Shown here piece by piece: positions 49,283 to 58,679 of a DNA stretch of 64,000 nt. Source of the DNA: an uncultured Bacteriovoracaceae bacterium (GTDB taxonomy: Bacteria > Bdellovibrionota > Bacteriovoracia > Bacteriovoracales > Bacteriovoracaceae); the NCBI GenBank assembly GCA_937931205.1, contig CALHBF010000019.1, positions 79,550 through 143,549 on the forward strand, in the 5' to 3' direction. Within the stretch, counting starts at the first letter, position 1, and every line of letters starts with the position of its first letter. Below the pieces are notes generated by a model. It saw only the letters and a list, made by a program, of their open reading frames with translations, made no database searches and had not been told where the DNA came from. Made by a program: the position numbers and the translations under genes.

Positions 49283-50767
49283 ATGCATAAGGTATTGGTT
49301 GTCGACGATGATAAAGTTCTTCAACAGAACGTTAAGCAAGCGTTAGAGTTTCATCACTTTGTAGTTGATGTTGCTGACAACGGAAAAGAAGCAGTAACAA
49401 AGGTTTATGGCCAGAAATATGATCTGGTGGTGATGGATGTGAACATGCCAGAAATGGATGGGATCGAAGCCTTAACCGAAATTAAAAAACATGATCCTTC
49501 AGTTATCGTGCTTATTTTAACTGCTTATTCCAATGTCTCTGATGCTGTGAAAGTAGTTAAAGAAGGTGCGTACAACTATCTAGAAAAGCCGATCAGCTCT
49601 GATAACTTGGTGGCTCTTATTAAGAGAGCATTGAAAGCAAGATCAATGGTTGAAACGGTTGGTTTCTCTTCTCCAACTCTTTCTATTGGTGATTCAGGTT
49701 CAGATAAGTTTGTTGGTGAATCTAATGCCATGAAAAAGGTATTTGATGTTATCTCTAAACTGGCCAAGGTTTATACTCCTGTTCTTATTCGTGGAGAATC
49801 TGGTACTGGTAAAGAATTAGTGGCAAAGGCCATTCACTACAACTCACCAAGAAAAGATGAAAAGTTTGTTACGATTAACTGTGGAGCAATTCCAGAGAAC
49901 TTAATTGAGTCAGAACTTTTTGGTCACGAGAAAGGTGCTTTCACCGGTGCTGATCAAAGAAAGATCGGGAAATTCCAATACGCTGAAGGCGGCACGATCT
50001 TTTTAGATGAGATTGGAGATGTATCAGGTGCCATGCAGGTAAAGCTTCTGCGTGTACTTCAGGAAAAAACATTTACTCCCGTGGGCTCTAACAGAGAGAT
50101 CAAGGTAGATGTGAGAATTATTGCTGCTTCTCATAAGCCCTTTGAAGAAATGATTAAAGAAGGTACATTCCGCGAAGATTTATTCTACCGTCTAAATGTT
50201 CTTCCTGTTTATCTTCCACCACTTCGTGAGAGAAAATCGGATATTCCACATCTAGTGAATCACTATATTAATTATTTTAATAATGTTCATAATCTCCAAA
50301 TCAAGGGTGTTGAAGCGAAGGCCATGGATGCATTAAGTAACTATGCTTGGCCAGGTAACATCAGAGAATTGAGAAACATTATTGAACATTGTTTTATTAT
50401 GGAATCGGCCGACACGATCCATCTTTCATCACTTCCTTCAATTGTGCTTAAAGGTAAAAATCACCATACGGAAGAAGCGAGTCATGAAGAGACGATGATT
50501 GATTTAGAAGAAATTCAAAAATCAGTTCTCGATCACGCCCCAATGCCGGCCAGTGACAATTCGCATTTTAGTTTTGGTGCAAACTTTAACGATGGAAAAC
50601 TTGATTTTGCTATTGCCAAAGACCAGTTTGAAAGAGAATTTATCGTTCATGCATTGAAGATGAATAAGGGAAGAATTAACCAAACCGCCTTAAATGCGAA
50701 TATCCCTAAGAAAACTCTTCTTCGTAAGATTGAAAAATACGAAATTAATCCAAAGGATTATTACTAA
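49283..50767 (+). CDS. Sigma54-dependent response regulator (NtrC family)
   Basis: REC domain (VVDDD, DVNMP), GESGTGKE, ESELFGHEKGAFTGA, FREDLFYRL, C-terminal Fis-type HTH. Confidence 0.96.
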   Translation: MHKVLVVDDDKVLQQNVKQALEFHHFVVDVADNGKEAVTKVYGQKYDLVVMDVNMPEMDGIEALTEIKKHDPSVIVLILTAYSNVSDAVKVVKEGAYNYLEKPISSDNLVALIKRALKARSMVETVGFSSPTLSIGDSGSDKFVGESNAMKKVFDVISKLAKVYTPVLIRGESGTGKELVAKAIHYNSPRKDEKFVTINCGAIPENLIESELFGHEKGAFTGADQRKIGKFQYAEGGTIFLDEIGDVSGAMQVKLLRVLQEKTFTPVGSNREIKVDVRIIAASHKPFEEMIKEGTFREDLFYRLNVLPVYLPPLRERKSDIPHLVNHYINYFNNVHNLQIKGVEAKAMDALSNYAWPGNIRELRNIIEHCFIMESADTIHLSSLPSIVLKGKNHHTEEASHEETMIDLEEIQKSVLDHAPMPASDNSHFSFGANFNDGKLDFAIAKDQFEREFIVHALKMNKGRINQTALNANIPKKTLLRKIEKYEINPKDYY

Positions 50768-51297
50768 TGAATCGTTTCTGGACTCTTTGTCTTATTATGG
50801 CCGCCCTTATTCTTGTTGATCAGTTCACTAAAGGGGCCATCCAATCAAGTCTCCAATGGGGTCAGTCGATTCCAGTGATCGACGGCTTTTTTAGCATTGC
50901 CTATGTTAAAAATACGGGGGCAGCTTTTGGATTTGGAGCTGGCGGCCCGGAATGGTTTCGCATCATTTTCTTCCTCGCTCTACCAGTGATCTTTTGTGGC
51001 TGGATTTTTTATATGCTGGTTAAAACGATCTCAGGCCCTTACTACTTGTCATTGGCCTATGGATTGATTCTTGCGGGGGCGATTGGGAACCTCATTGATA
51101 GATTCTATCTTGGTTACGTCGTGGACTTTCTTCTTTTCTACTGGAAAGACGAAAGAAATCATTTTCCGGCATTCAACGTAGCTGACAGCTGCATTACGAT
51201 TGCTGCATTTCTTCTTATCTATGACTTCTTTGTTCAAGCGAAGCTAAGCAAAGAGAAAGGTCAGGGTAATGTTTCCGATCCTACTGCAAACAAGTAA
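50767..51297 (+). CDS. lspA: Lipoprotein signal peptidase II
   Basis: DQFTK, NTGAAFG, GAIGNLIDR, VVDF, FNVAD. Confidence 0.96.
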   Translation: MNRFWTLCLIMAALILVDQFTKGAIQSSLQWGQSIPVIDGFFSIAYVKNTGAAFGFGAGGPEWFRIIFFLALPVIFCGWIFYMLVKTISGPYYLSLAYGLILAGAIGNLIDRFYLGYVVDFLLFYWKDERNHFPAFNVADSCITIAAFLLIYDFFVQAKLSKEKGQGNVSDPTANK

Positions 51298-51997
51298 TTT
51301 CATTCTTTATTCCTACCCCCTGTTAATGGGACTTGCCTGGGGGGTAGGATATCAAATTTTTCTAGCTCACATTGAAGAAGAACAACGATCACGAGCTCAA
51401 ATTCTTTTTTGGGGATCGTTCATCAGCGCATGGTTAGGTGCGAAGATTTTTTTTATTATCACATCAGGAAGTTCACTCTCTCCTGAGTTTTTACAAAGTT
51501 CTAGCTTCTGGATGGGCGGAGGTTTTGTTTTTTACGGCGGCTTTCTTGCCGGAGCTCTGTTTTATCTGCTCTTCTACTTAAAATTTCGCTTTTCCACTCA
51601 ATGGATTAAGTGGACAGTCGTTTCGATTTGTTTTGCTCACGCTATAGGTAGAATCGGTTGTTTGCTGGCCGGTTGCTGTTATGGGAAAGTTACTGAAGCA
51701 TGGTGGGGAATTCATCTCCATGGCCAGTATCGCCATCCGACACAAATTTTAGAGGCCCTCTCTCTTATCATTCTTGGTTTTATCCTTATCCGCATTAAGC
51801 ATATTCCTTTGGTGCTCGCCAGTTATCTCGCCGGTTACGGATTAATTAGATTTATGATTGAAATCTTAAGAGGGGATCTCCTACGTGGCTCTTGGGCCTG
51901 GGGGCTAACGCCTTCGCAATGGGTTTCCATTCTGCTGATATTTTCAGGAGTTAGCATTAAAATTGCCGATCGCCTGCTATCCGCTAAAACAAAGTAG
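51269..51997 (+). CDS. lgt: Prolipoprotein diacylglyceryl transferase
   Basis: GGFVFYGG, AIGRIGC...GCCYG, HPTQILE, RFMIEILRGD. Confidence 0.88.
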   Translation: MFPILLQTSNFILYSYPLLMGLAWGVGYQIFLAHIEEEQRSRAQILFWGSFISAWLGAKIFFIITSGSSLSPEFLQSSSFWMGGGFVFYGGFLAGALFYLLFYLKFRFSTQWIKWTVVSICFAHAIGRIGCLLAGCCYGKVTEAWWGIHLHGQYRHPTQILEALSLIILGFILIRIKHIPLVLASYLAGYGLIRFMIEILRGDLLRGSWAWGLTPSQWVSILLIFSGVSIKIADRLLSAKTK

Positions 51998-52025
51998 TCA
52001 AGTTTTTAGTTGATCACTCCGATAG
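51998..52025 (+). promoter_or_regulatory. Putative sigma28-type promoter
   Basis: TCAAGTTT-N12-TCCGATAG; the best match in the window. Confidence 0.65.
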
Positions 52026-52049
52026 GGAACTTGAGGAGAATCAATATTT

Positions 52050-53267
52050 ATGAACACACCATTGGGAAGCATTCCACCAAGACTACTTAAATTCAGACAC
52101 CAGTATGTGGTCTATTTTCGAGTACTGGGCCTTGTCGCTTTATCCCTATTATGTTTTTGGCCGGGTCTCATCTTTTCTTACGGATGGGAATCAGTTAGTT
52201 CAAGGTATCCTTTGGAGATGGCATTCTCGGGGATGTATCTCATGGCATTTAGCGTAGGGTATGTTTGCTGGTGGAGATTAAAATTACGCCAGACAATTCA
52301 AGTTTTCTCCGATCATCTTCTTATTCACCGTAAAGGTAAAAAGACAGAAGTTCGCTTTGAGAATATCGAAGCAGTTCAAGCTGTTTGTTGGTCACTTTTT
52401 TATGTAAAAATGAAGAATGGTGAAAAACATTATTTTAACTCAACTCTAGAGCGAGTGGATTACATCTGGGAAGGTGTTTACTCACATCGCCCTGAATTGT
52501 TTAAAAAAGAAGAGTATGAATCATTCAGAATCAAACTGGTTCAATATGATCACCATCAAAAAAGAAAAGAGTGGTTCTTCCGTCACAGATTTTTAGATGT
52601 TCTCAATTGGTGTTTTTTACCAATGGTTTTTATGTCGACTATTTACTGGTATCAATCTCAAGAAGTTCAGATTTACCAGCCCGTCTATTATTTCTTCCGT
52701 CTTACGATGTATTCGGCCCTGACTTTACTGTCGACGGCATTCGTTTACATGATCATCATTAAGAAGTTGGTTTTTGATAAAAAAGTTGAAGAACAGCTTG
52801 AAGCAGAGCCAAGTGATAAGCTTCGTGATTTGGATTATGAAAATGTCATTATTCAAAGAACTAAGTTTTTCCAAACGGTTTCCGTTGTTGCTTTATTCAC
52901 GATGATTATTCAGAGTGACTTTAATATGTATACGCTGACTAAACTCAGAGGGAATGTCGCTAACTTTCATCTAATTGAAGGCAAGACCATGTTGGTGGAT
53001 AATCGTTATAACTGCAGCAGTTGTAAGTACTCCATCCAAGATGGCGATGTGGTTGTGTACTCCAAAGGTCAAATTGGTCAAGTAATCGCTCGTGGGGGTG
53101 ATGTTATTGGCCAAGTTTCAGAGAATAAAACCGGCAGAAGTATTGCTTCCATCAACACTGAAACGGTGATGATGGTTCCTAAGGGTAAAGTGGCGCTAAG
53201 ACTTGCTGGTGATGATGAAATGATCATCATTGAAGAGTCTGACCTTGTTGGTAAGTTACAAAATTAA
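52050..53267 (+). CDS. Membrane protein with bPH-like domain and degenerate signal-peptidase-I-like C-terminal domain
   Basis: About five TMs; C-terminal GKTMLVDN..GDVVVY..IGQVIA.GGD..VPKG..LVGK resembles the S26 boxes. Confidence 0.5.
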   Translation: MNTPLGSIPPRLLKFRHQYVVYFRVLGLVALSLLCFWPGLIFSYGWESVSSRYPLEMAFSGMYLMAFSVGYVCWWRLKLRQTIQVFSDHLLIHRKGKKTEVRFENIEAVQAVCWSLFYVKMKNGEKHYFNSTLERVDYIWEGVYSHRPELFKKEEYESFRIKLVQYDHHQKRKEWFFRHRFLDVLNWCFLPMVFMSTIYWYQSQEVQIYQPVYYFFRLTMYSALTLLSTAFVYMIIIKKLVFDKKVEEQLEAEPSDKLRDLDYENVIIQRTKFFQTVSVVALFTMIIQSDFNMYTLTKLRGNVANFHLIEGKTMLVDNRYNCSSCKYSIQDGDVVVYSKGQIGQVIARGGDVIGQVSENKTGRSIASINTETVMMVPKGKVALRLAGDDEMIIIEESDLVGKLQN

Positions 53268-53317
53268 TGTAAAATTTCCAAAACCCTCTATTATGTTTAA
53301 GTAATGGAGGGTTATCT

Positions 53318-53860
53318 ATGAAATCAATTTTTAAATTAGTTGCCTTGGTTCTTGTTCTTGCAACAACTTCAGCGCAAGCAGGACTTCTTGTTGAACCAGT
53401 TCTTGGTTTTAATGTTAATAGCAAATTAGAACAAGATAGCTTTGATACAAAAGGTATCGGAGCTTCTTATGGTGGACGTCTTGGTTACCAGAATTTTGGT
53501 TTTCAAATTGGTCTAGACTACCTTAAATCAAGCATTGATATGGATGAGGATAGTTTCAAAAACAATGTCAAACAAACCGATTGGGGTGCATTTGTAGGTT
53601 TTGAATTCCCAATTCTTGTTCGTGTTTATGCAGGTTACATCTTCTCTGCTAAAGGTGAAGTAAGCACTGATTTTGGTAAGGCCAAAATGGAAGGTAATGG
53701 AACAAAAGTAGGTGTTGGTTTTACTGGCCTACCATTTGTTGATATCAACGTTGAATACCGTCGTGGAACATATGATGACGTAAAAATTGGCGGCGTAAGT
53801 AGTGATGATACAGATTTTTCATCTCTTATGCTTGGTGTTTCACTCCCACTCAATCTCTAG
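53318..53860 (+). CDS. Small (OmpA/OmpW-like) outer-membrane beta-barrel
   Basis: GGAGG RBS; signal peptide (AQA-G); about eight amphipathic strands. Confidence 0.75.
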   Translation: MKSIFKLVALVLVLATTSAQAGLLVEPVLGFNVNSKLEQDSFDTKGIGASYGGRLGYQNFGFQIGLDYLKSSIDMDEDSFKNNVKQTDWGAFVGFEFPILVRVYAGYIFSAKGEVSTDFGKAKMEGNGTKVGVGFTGLPFVDINVEYRRGTYDDVKIGGVSSDDTDFSSLMLGVSLPLNL

Positions 53861-53874
53861 TTCTTATCATGATT

Positions 53875-53896
53875 GGCCTCAGTTTGTACTGGGGCC
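53875..53896 (+). terminator. Hairpin after the beta-barrel gene
   Basis: GGCCTCAGT-TTGT-ACTGGGGCC; no clear U-tract. Confidence 0.45.
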
Positions 53897-53968
53897 TATC
53901 ACTCTTCTTTCGTTGCTGGATAATTTTGCTCACTGGTCTATCTTTAAGAAAATTTTAAAATATGAGTA

Positions 53969-54970
53969 ATGAAAACATTTTTTATTCTCTTATTCATCAC
54001 TTCACAATTTTTCACTGCCGTTAGTGCTAGCGATGAATACGTAGTTAAAAAGGGCGATGTTGTCTCAAGAGTGGTCAAAGACCATTACCCGAACGATCAA
54101 CTTTATGGGCCACGCGGTAAGATTATTGAGATTCTCAAAAACAATCCGCATATTAAAAATGCTGATCTTGTTTTTCCAAAACAGAAAATTAAACTTAATA
54201 CGGCCAGCGACAGCTCCCTTGAGAGAGTTGTCATTCTTGATCATGCCGAAGATCCAATAGCGGATGTTGATCCTTCTGAAACTATTCAAACAACGGATGA
54301 GAAAAGTGATGGTAACTGGAAAGTTTCTCTCTACTACGGAGCAAAAGACTTATCGGTAAATCAGAAAGGTGTGTTGGGTAAAGGTGAAGTGGGTGTTTTA
54401 TACTTCAATTACTTGAGACTTCATACTGAGTATCAAGTGAACAAGTGGGCCTGGGGTTTTCAGTATGACACTTTCAATCTCCGTTATAGAGCTCTTGGTG
54501 AAACGAGAACTAATAGGATGAATGGACTCTTCCTCTATGGAAGTTATAATTGGCTATTGGCCGGTCTGCATTTTGATCAGACGCCACTTTTTAAAAATTC
54601 TGGTACAGAAGTTGATTTTTATAAAGTGACTCCGGCCTATTTATCTTTAGGAGCACGTAAAGATTTTGATTTGAAGTGGAACAGGCCTGCAACAATTGCT
54701 CTTAAAGGATGGTTTGGTTATCCGCTAAAGGTATTTAGTGAGAGCAGTAATGTAGATGTATTAAGCAGCCAAGGTTACAGTTTAAATGCACAGATGGAAC
54801 TTAATTATCAAATCTGGGAGCGTCCCAATTATTCTATGTATGCCACTTGGTATACAGGTGTGGCCCATAAAAACTTAGATCAAAAAGTGGAGTCTGGTAC
54901 TTCGAAAGGGTCTGTCGAAACGAGGATTTTAGACGTTTCAACTAATTTGGGATTACTCTTTAAATTTTAG
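53969..54970 (+). CDS. LysM-domain outer-membrane beta-barrel protein
   Basis: Signal peptide; YVVKKGDVVS...NPHIKNADLVFPKQKI (LysM); barrel ending LGLLFKF. Confidence 0.75.
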   Translation: MKTFFILLFITSQFFTAVSASDEYVVKKGDVVSRVVKDHYPNDQLYGPRGKIIEILKNNPHIKNADLVFPKQKIKLNTASDSSLERVVILDHAEDPIADVDPSETIQTTDEKSDGNWKVSLYYGAKDLSVNQKGVLGKGEVGVLYFNYLRLHTEYQVNKWAWGFQYDTFNLRYRALGETRTNRMNGLFLYGSYNWLLAGLHFDQTPLFKNSGTEVDFYKVTPAYLSLGARKDFDLKWNRPATIALKGWFGYPLKVFSESSNVDVLSSQGYSLNAQMELNYQIWERPNYSMYATWYTGVAHKNLDQKVESGTSKGSVETRILDVSTNLGLLFKF

Positions 54971-54972
54971 GC

Positions 54973-55003
54973 AAAAAAAAAGCTCCCTAAGGGAGCTTTT
55001 TTT
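54973..55003. terminator. Bidirectional rho-independent terminator
   Basis: A-run, GCTCCC-TAA-GGGAGC, T-run between convergent genes. Confidence 0.9.
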
Positions 55004-55382
55004 ATTCATTGGCGGCTGGTTTTTCTAGTTCGCTGGCATCGACATAAAGACGAGAGGCGAGAGTTTCATTACCCCAAGCGATGAAAGCATCATCGTGCTG
55101 GTACATTGTAATAGTTTCCCAAGGACAATCTTGAGAACAGTTCTGACAACCGATACAACGGGCCAGGTCAATTTCCACCATTTGTTGGTAGCTTGGATTA
55201 AGTGGATCTGGTCCTGGAACTAGTTCAATTGAGTCAACTGGACAGCCAGCAATACACACTTCACAACCGGTACAACCTGATTGGTGAACGATAGCGAGTA
55301 GTTTAGGTGGTTTTTTACCCTTACGTGGTGCCTTAAAACGGGCACTGTGTAGTGGGTTTTCAACTTTAATTTCTTCACTCAT
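55002..55382 (-). CDS. 2x[4Fe-4S] ferredoxin-like protein
   Basis: CTGCEVCIAGCP and CIGCQNCSQDCP; start adjusted to MSEEIK (GAGG RBS). Confidence 0.88.
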   Translation of the reverse strand: MSEEIKVENPLHSARFKAPRKGKKPPKLLAIVHQSGCTGCEVCIAGCPVDSIELVPGPDPLNPSYQQMVEIDLARCIGCQNCSQDCPWETITMYQHDDAFIAWGNETLASRLYVDASELEKPAANE

Positions 55383-55520
55383 TGATAAATTCCTCAAAAT
55401 ATAGCGTTGCCTAGTATACACCTAAGGGTATAAGGCATAAAGCATTTCCTTATAATATTCTGACAGCTATAATGTATGGCAATCATAGCATAAATATAGG
55501 TTATTTCATAGGACGTAATT

Positions 55521-58500
55521 ATGGACTCTAGAAGACTTCGATTTGTAACAGCGGCCTCACTTTTTGACGGGCACGACGCAAGTATTAATATTTTCAGAAG
55601 ATTACTGCAATCCAAGGGGGCGGAAGTTATCCACCTTGGACATAACCGCTCTGCTCAAGAAGTGGTAGAAGCGGCTTTGGCCGAAGATGCGCATGGAATT
55701 GCCCTGTCTAGTTATCAGGGTGGGCATATGGAATATTTCACTTATGTGAGAGAACTTCTCGATCAAAATGGTGGAAAAAATGTTCGTATCTTTGGTGGTG
55801 GTGGTGGAGTTATTACTCCTCCAGAAATTGAAGAGCTTCATAAACGTGGTATCACTCGTATCTACCACCCAAATGATGGGATGAGGATGGGTCTGAATGG
55901 AATCATTGAAGATCAGATTGAAAAAGGTACGTATTCAACTATTGAAGGAGTTGATTTTAAGGCCCTTTCTCAAAAAACAAAACTAACTGATTATGAGATC
56001 GCGAAAGTGATCACTTACATTGAAGATAATCGTCAGTTCCCATTTGAAGTTACTGCCAAAAAAGTTCCCGTTCTAGGTATTACTGGAACAGGCGGTGCCG
56101 GTAAGTCATCTTTGATTGATGAAGTTCTTCTTCGTTTTCATAGATACTATGGTGAAAAGAGAATCGCTCTGGTGTCAGTTGATCCAACAAAAAAGAAAAA
56201 TCAAGGAGCTCTTTTAGGAGATAGAATTCGTCTCGGAAGTGCGAGTTACCATAATATTTACGTCCGCTCACTTGCGACTCGTGATTCAAATAATGAGTTA
56301 AGCCCTGAAATCGAAAAAGTGGTTAAATTCTTAAAGTCACAGGACTTCGATTTAATTCTTGTTGAAACTTCTGGTATTGGTCAGGCCAGTGATGAGATTA
56401 CAAAAGTTGCTGATAAAACAATGTATGTGATGACTCCGGAATATGGTGCTTCAACTCAGCTTGAAAAAATTGAAATGCTTGAAGTTGCTGATTTCATCGC
56501 TCTTAATAAGTATGAAAAACCTCGTTCAGAAGATGCTCTTCGTGATATCAGAAAGCAGTACCGCAGAAATAAAAATCTTTTTGCTGGTCATCCAGGCAGT
56601 CCAGAGGATCATGAGCTTCCTGTTTATGGAACAATGGCCTCAAAGTTCAATGATGTTGGTGTGAATGCTCTTTTTAAAGACATCATGAAATCATTTGATC
56701 TTAAAATTTCAGCTGACCTGGAAAACCTGGCCGCTGATCGCGCTCCAACGAAGAAAGCTTCGATTATTCCTGCAAATCGCATTAACTACCTTCGTGATAT
56801 TGCTGAAACACTTCAAAACTACAACAAGCGTGCAGTCGCTTCTGTGGAAAAGTTAAGAAATTACGAAGCTCTTAAAGCGGCAAGCGCACTTATTTCTGAC
56901 TCAAAAGAAATTAAAGAAAAAGTAGCAAGCTATGAATCTGAACTTAGCAATGAACTAAAAGAAGTGGCCGAGTATGATGCAGTTGTTGATCAGTATCTTA
57001 AAGGTGAATTCACTTACGTGGTTCGCGGAAAAGATATTAAAGTTCCAACTAAACACATTTCACTTTCAGGCTCTAAAATTTCAAAAGTAGGATTCCCAAG
57101 ATTCCACTATGCTTCTGATAAATTGAAATTTATTCGTGCGCAAAACTTGCCTGGATTCTACCCATTTGCGGCAGGAGTGTTCCCGTTCAAGCGTGCTGAC
57201 GAAGATCCGAAGCGCCAGTTTGCCGGAGAGGGCGGACCGCTTAGAACGAATGCTCGTTTCCATTATCTTTCTAAAAGTGATTCGGCCAAGAGACTTTCGA
57301 CAGCTTTCGATTCAGTAACTTTATATGGTGAAGATCCGGCAACTCGTCCTGATATTTACGGAAAAGTCGGTGAGTCAGGTGTATCAATCGCTACTCTTGA
57401 TGACATGATGGATCTGTATAAAGGTTTTGATCTGACATCACCTTCAACATCAGTATCAATGACAATTAATGGTCCAGCTCCGATTATTCTAGCGATGTTT
57501 ATGAACACTGCTATTAATCGCACGTTAGCAGAAAATGAGCAGATGAACCGTGAGAAGATGGTTGAAGTTATGAGACAGGTTCGTGGAACTGTTCAGGCCG
57601 ATATTCTAAAAGAAGATCAGGCGCAAAACACTTGTATTTTCTCACTAGAGTTTGCTCTGAAGATGATGGGGGACGTGCAAGAGTTCTTCTGTCTTAACAA
57701 AATTAAAAATTACTACACAGTTTCTATCTCTGGTTACCATATTGCTGAAGCAGGGGCGAACCCAATTACTCAGTTGGCCCTCACTCTTTCAAATGGTTTC
57801 ACATACGTTGAGTACTACCTGTCTCGCGGTATGAATATTGACGATTTCTGTGAGAACCTTTCATTCTTCTTCTCAAACGGACTTGATCCTGAGTACACAG
57901 TACTTGGTCGAGTTGCTCGCAAAATTTGGGCAGTAGCAATGAAAGAGAAGTATGGTGCGAGCGATAAGTCGCAAAAATTAAAGTACCATATTCAAACTTC
58001 TGGTCGCTCTCTTCACGCACAGGAAATTGATTTCAACGATATTAGAACAACGTTACAGGCCTTCTTAGCTTTAAGTGATAACTGTAACTCGCTTCACACC
58101 AATGCTTATGATGAAGCGATTACAACTCCGACTGAAGAATCAGTTCGTCGTGCAATGGCGATTCAATTGATTATTAATCGCGAATACGGTCTGAATAAAA
58201 CGGACAATCCGCTTCAAGGTTCATACATCGTTGATGAGCTTGCTGATATTGTGGAAGAAGCAGTTCTTGCTGAATTCGAGAGGATTTCAGACAAGGGCGG
58301 TGTGCTTGGTTCAATGGAATCAATGTATCAGCGTGGAAAAATTCAAGATGAGTCACTTTACTATGAATCTCTTAAAGATTCTGGTGAGTACCCAATTATC
58401 GGTGTTAACACATTCCTTCCTGAGAAAATTGAAGAATGGAAACCGATTGAGCTTTCACGAGCTTCTAGTGAAGAGAAGAATGCTCAGATTGACAGGCTTA

Positions 58501-58679
58501 ATAACTTCCAAAACAGACATGGGGCCAAGAATGCTGAGTGCTTAAAGCGCTTGCGTGACGTAGCTCTTTCTGGTGGAAATATTTTTGAAGAGTTACTGAC
58601 TACTGTTCGTTACTGCTCACTTGGACAGATTACCAATGTTCTTTATGAAGTTGGTGGTAAGTACCGCAGGAATATGTAA
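55521..58679 (+). CDS. icmF: Fused isobutyryl-CoA mutase / MeaB-type GTPase
   Basis: N-terminal B12-binding domain FDGHDASIN; GTPase GITGTGGAGKSS/ETSGIGQ; mutase domain RQFAGEG, QADILKE, ISGYHIAEAGA, QTSGRSL. Confidence 0.95.
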   Translation: MDSRRLRFVTAASLFDGHDASINIFRRLLQSKGAEVIHLGHNRSAQEVVEAALAEDAHGIALSSYQGGHMEYFTYVRELLDQNGGKNVRIFGGGGGVITPPEIEELHKRGITRIYHPNDGMRMGLNGIIEDQIEKGTYSTIEGVDFKALSQKTKLTDYEIAKVITYIEDNRQFPFEVTAKKVPVLGITGTGGAGKSSLIDEVLLRFHRYYGEKRIALVSVDPTKKKNQGALLGDRIRLGSASYHNIYVRSLATRDSNNELSPEIEKVVKFLKSQDFDLILVETSGIGQASDEITKVADKTMYVMTPEYGASTQLEKIEMLEVADFIALNKYEKPRSEDALRDIRKQYRRNKNLFAGHPGSPEDHELPVYGTMASKFNDVGVNALFKDIMKSFDLKISADLENLAADRAPTKKASIIPANRINYLRDIAETLQNYNKRAVASVEKLRNYEALKAASALISDSKEIKEKVASYESELSNELKEVAEYDAVVDQYLKGEFTYVVRGKDIKVPTKHISLSGSKISKVGFPRFHYASDKLKFIRAQNLPGFYPFAAGVFPFKRADEDPKRQFAGEGGPLRTNARFHYLSKSDSAKRLSTAFDSVTLYGEDPATRPDIYGKVGESGVSIATLDDMMDLYKGFDLTSPSTSVSMTINGPAPIILAMFMNTAINRTLAENEQMNREKMVEVMRQVRGTVQADILKEDQAQNTCIFSLEFALKMMGDVQEFFCLNKIKNYYTVSISGYHIAEAGANPITQLALTLSNGFTYVEYYLSRGMNIDDFCENLSFFFSNGLDPEYTVLGRVARKIWAVAMKEKYGASDKSQKLKYHIQTSGRSLHAQEIDFNDIRTTLQAFLALSDNCNSLHTNAYDEAITTPTEESVRRAMAIQLIINREYGLNKTDNPLQGSYIVDELADIVEEAVLAEFERISDKGGVLGSMESMYQRGKIQDESLYYESLKDSGEYPIIGVNTFLPEKIEEWKPIELSRASSEEKNAQIDRLNNFQNRHGAKNAECLKRLRDVALSGGNIFEELLTTVRYCSLGQITNVLYEVGGKYRRNM

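Noticed and set aside
55383-55520. Possible cobalamin riboswitch upstream of icmF
   Set aside because: The region is short and AT-rich, and I could not find a B12-box or other conserved riboswitch elements.
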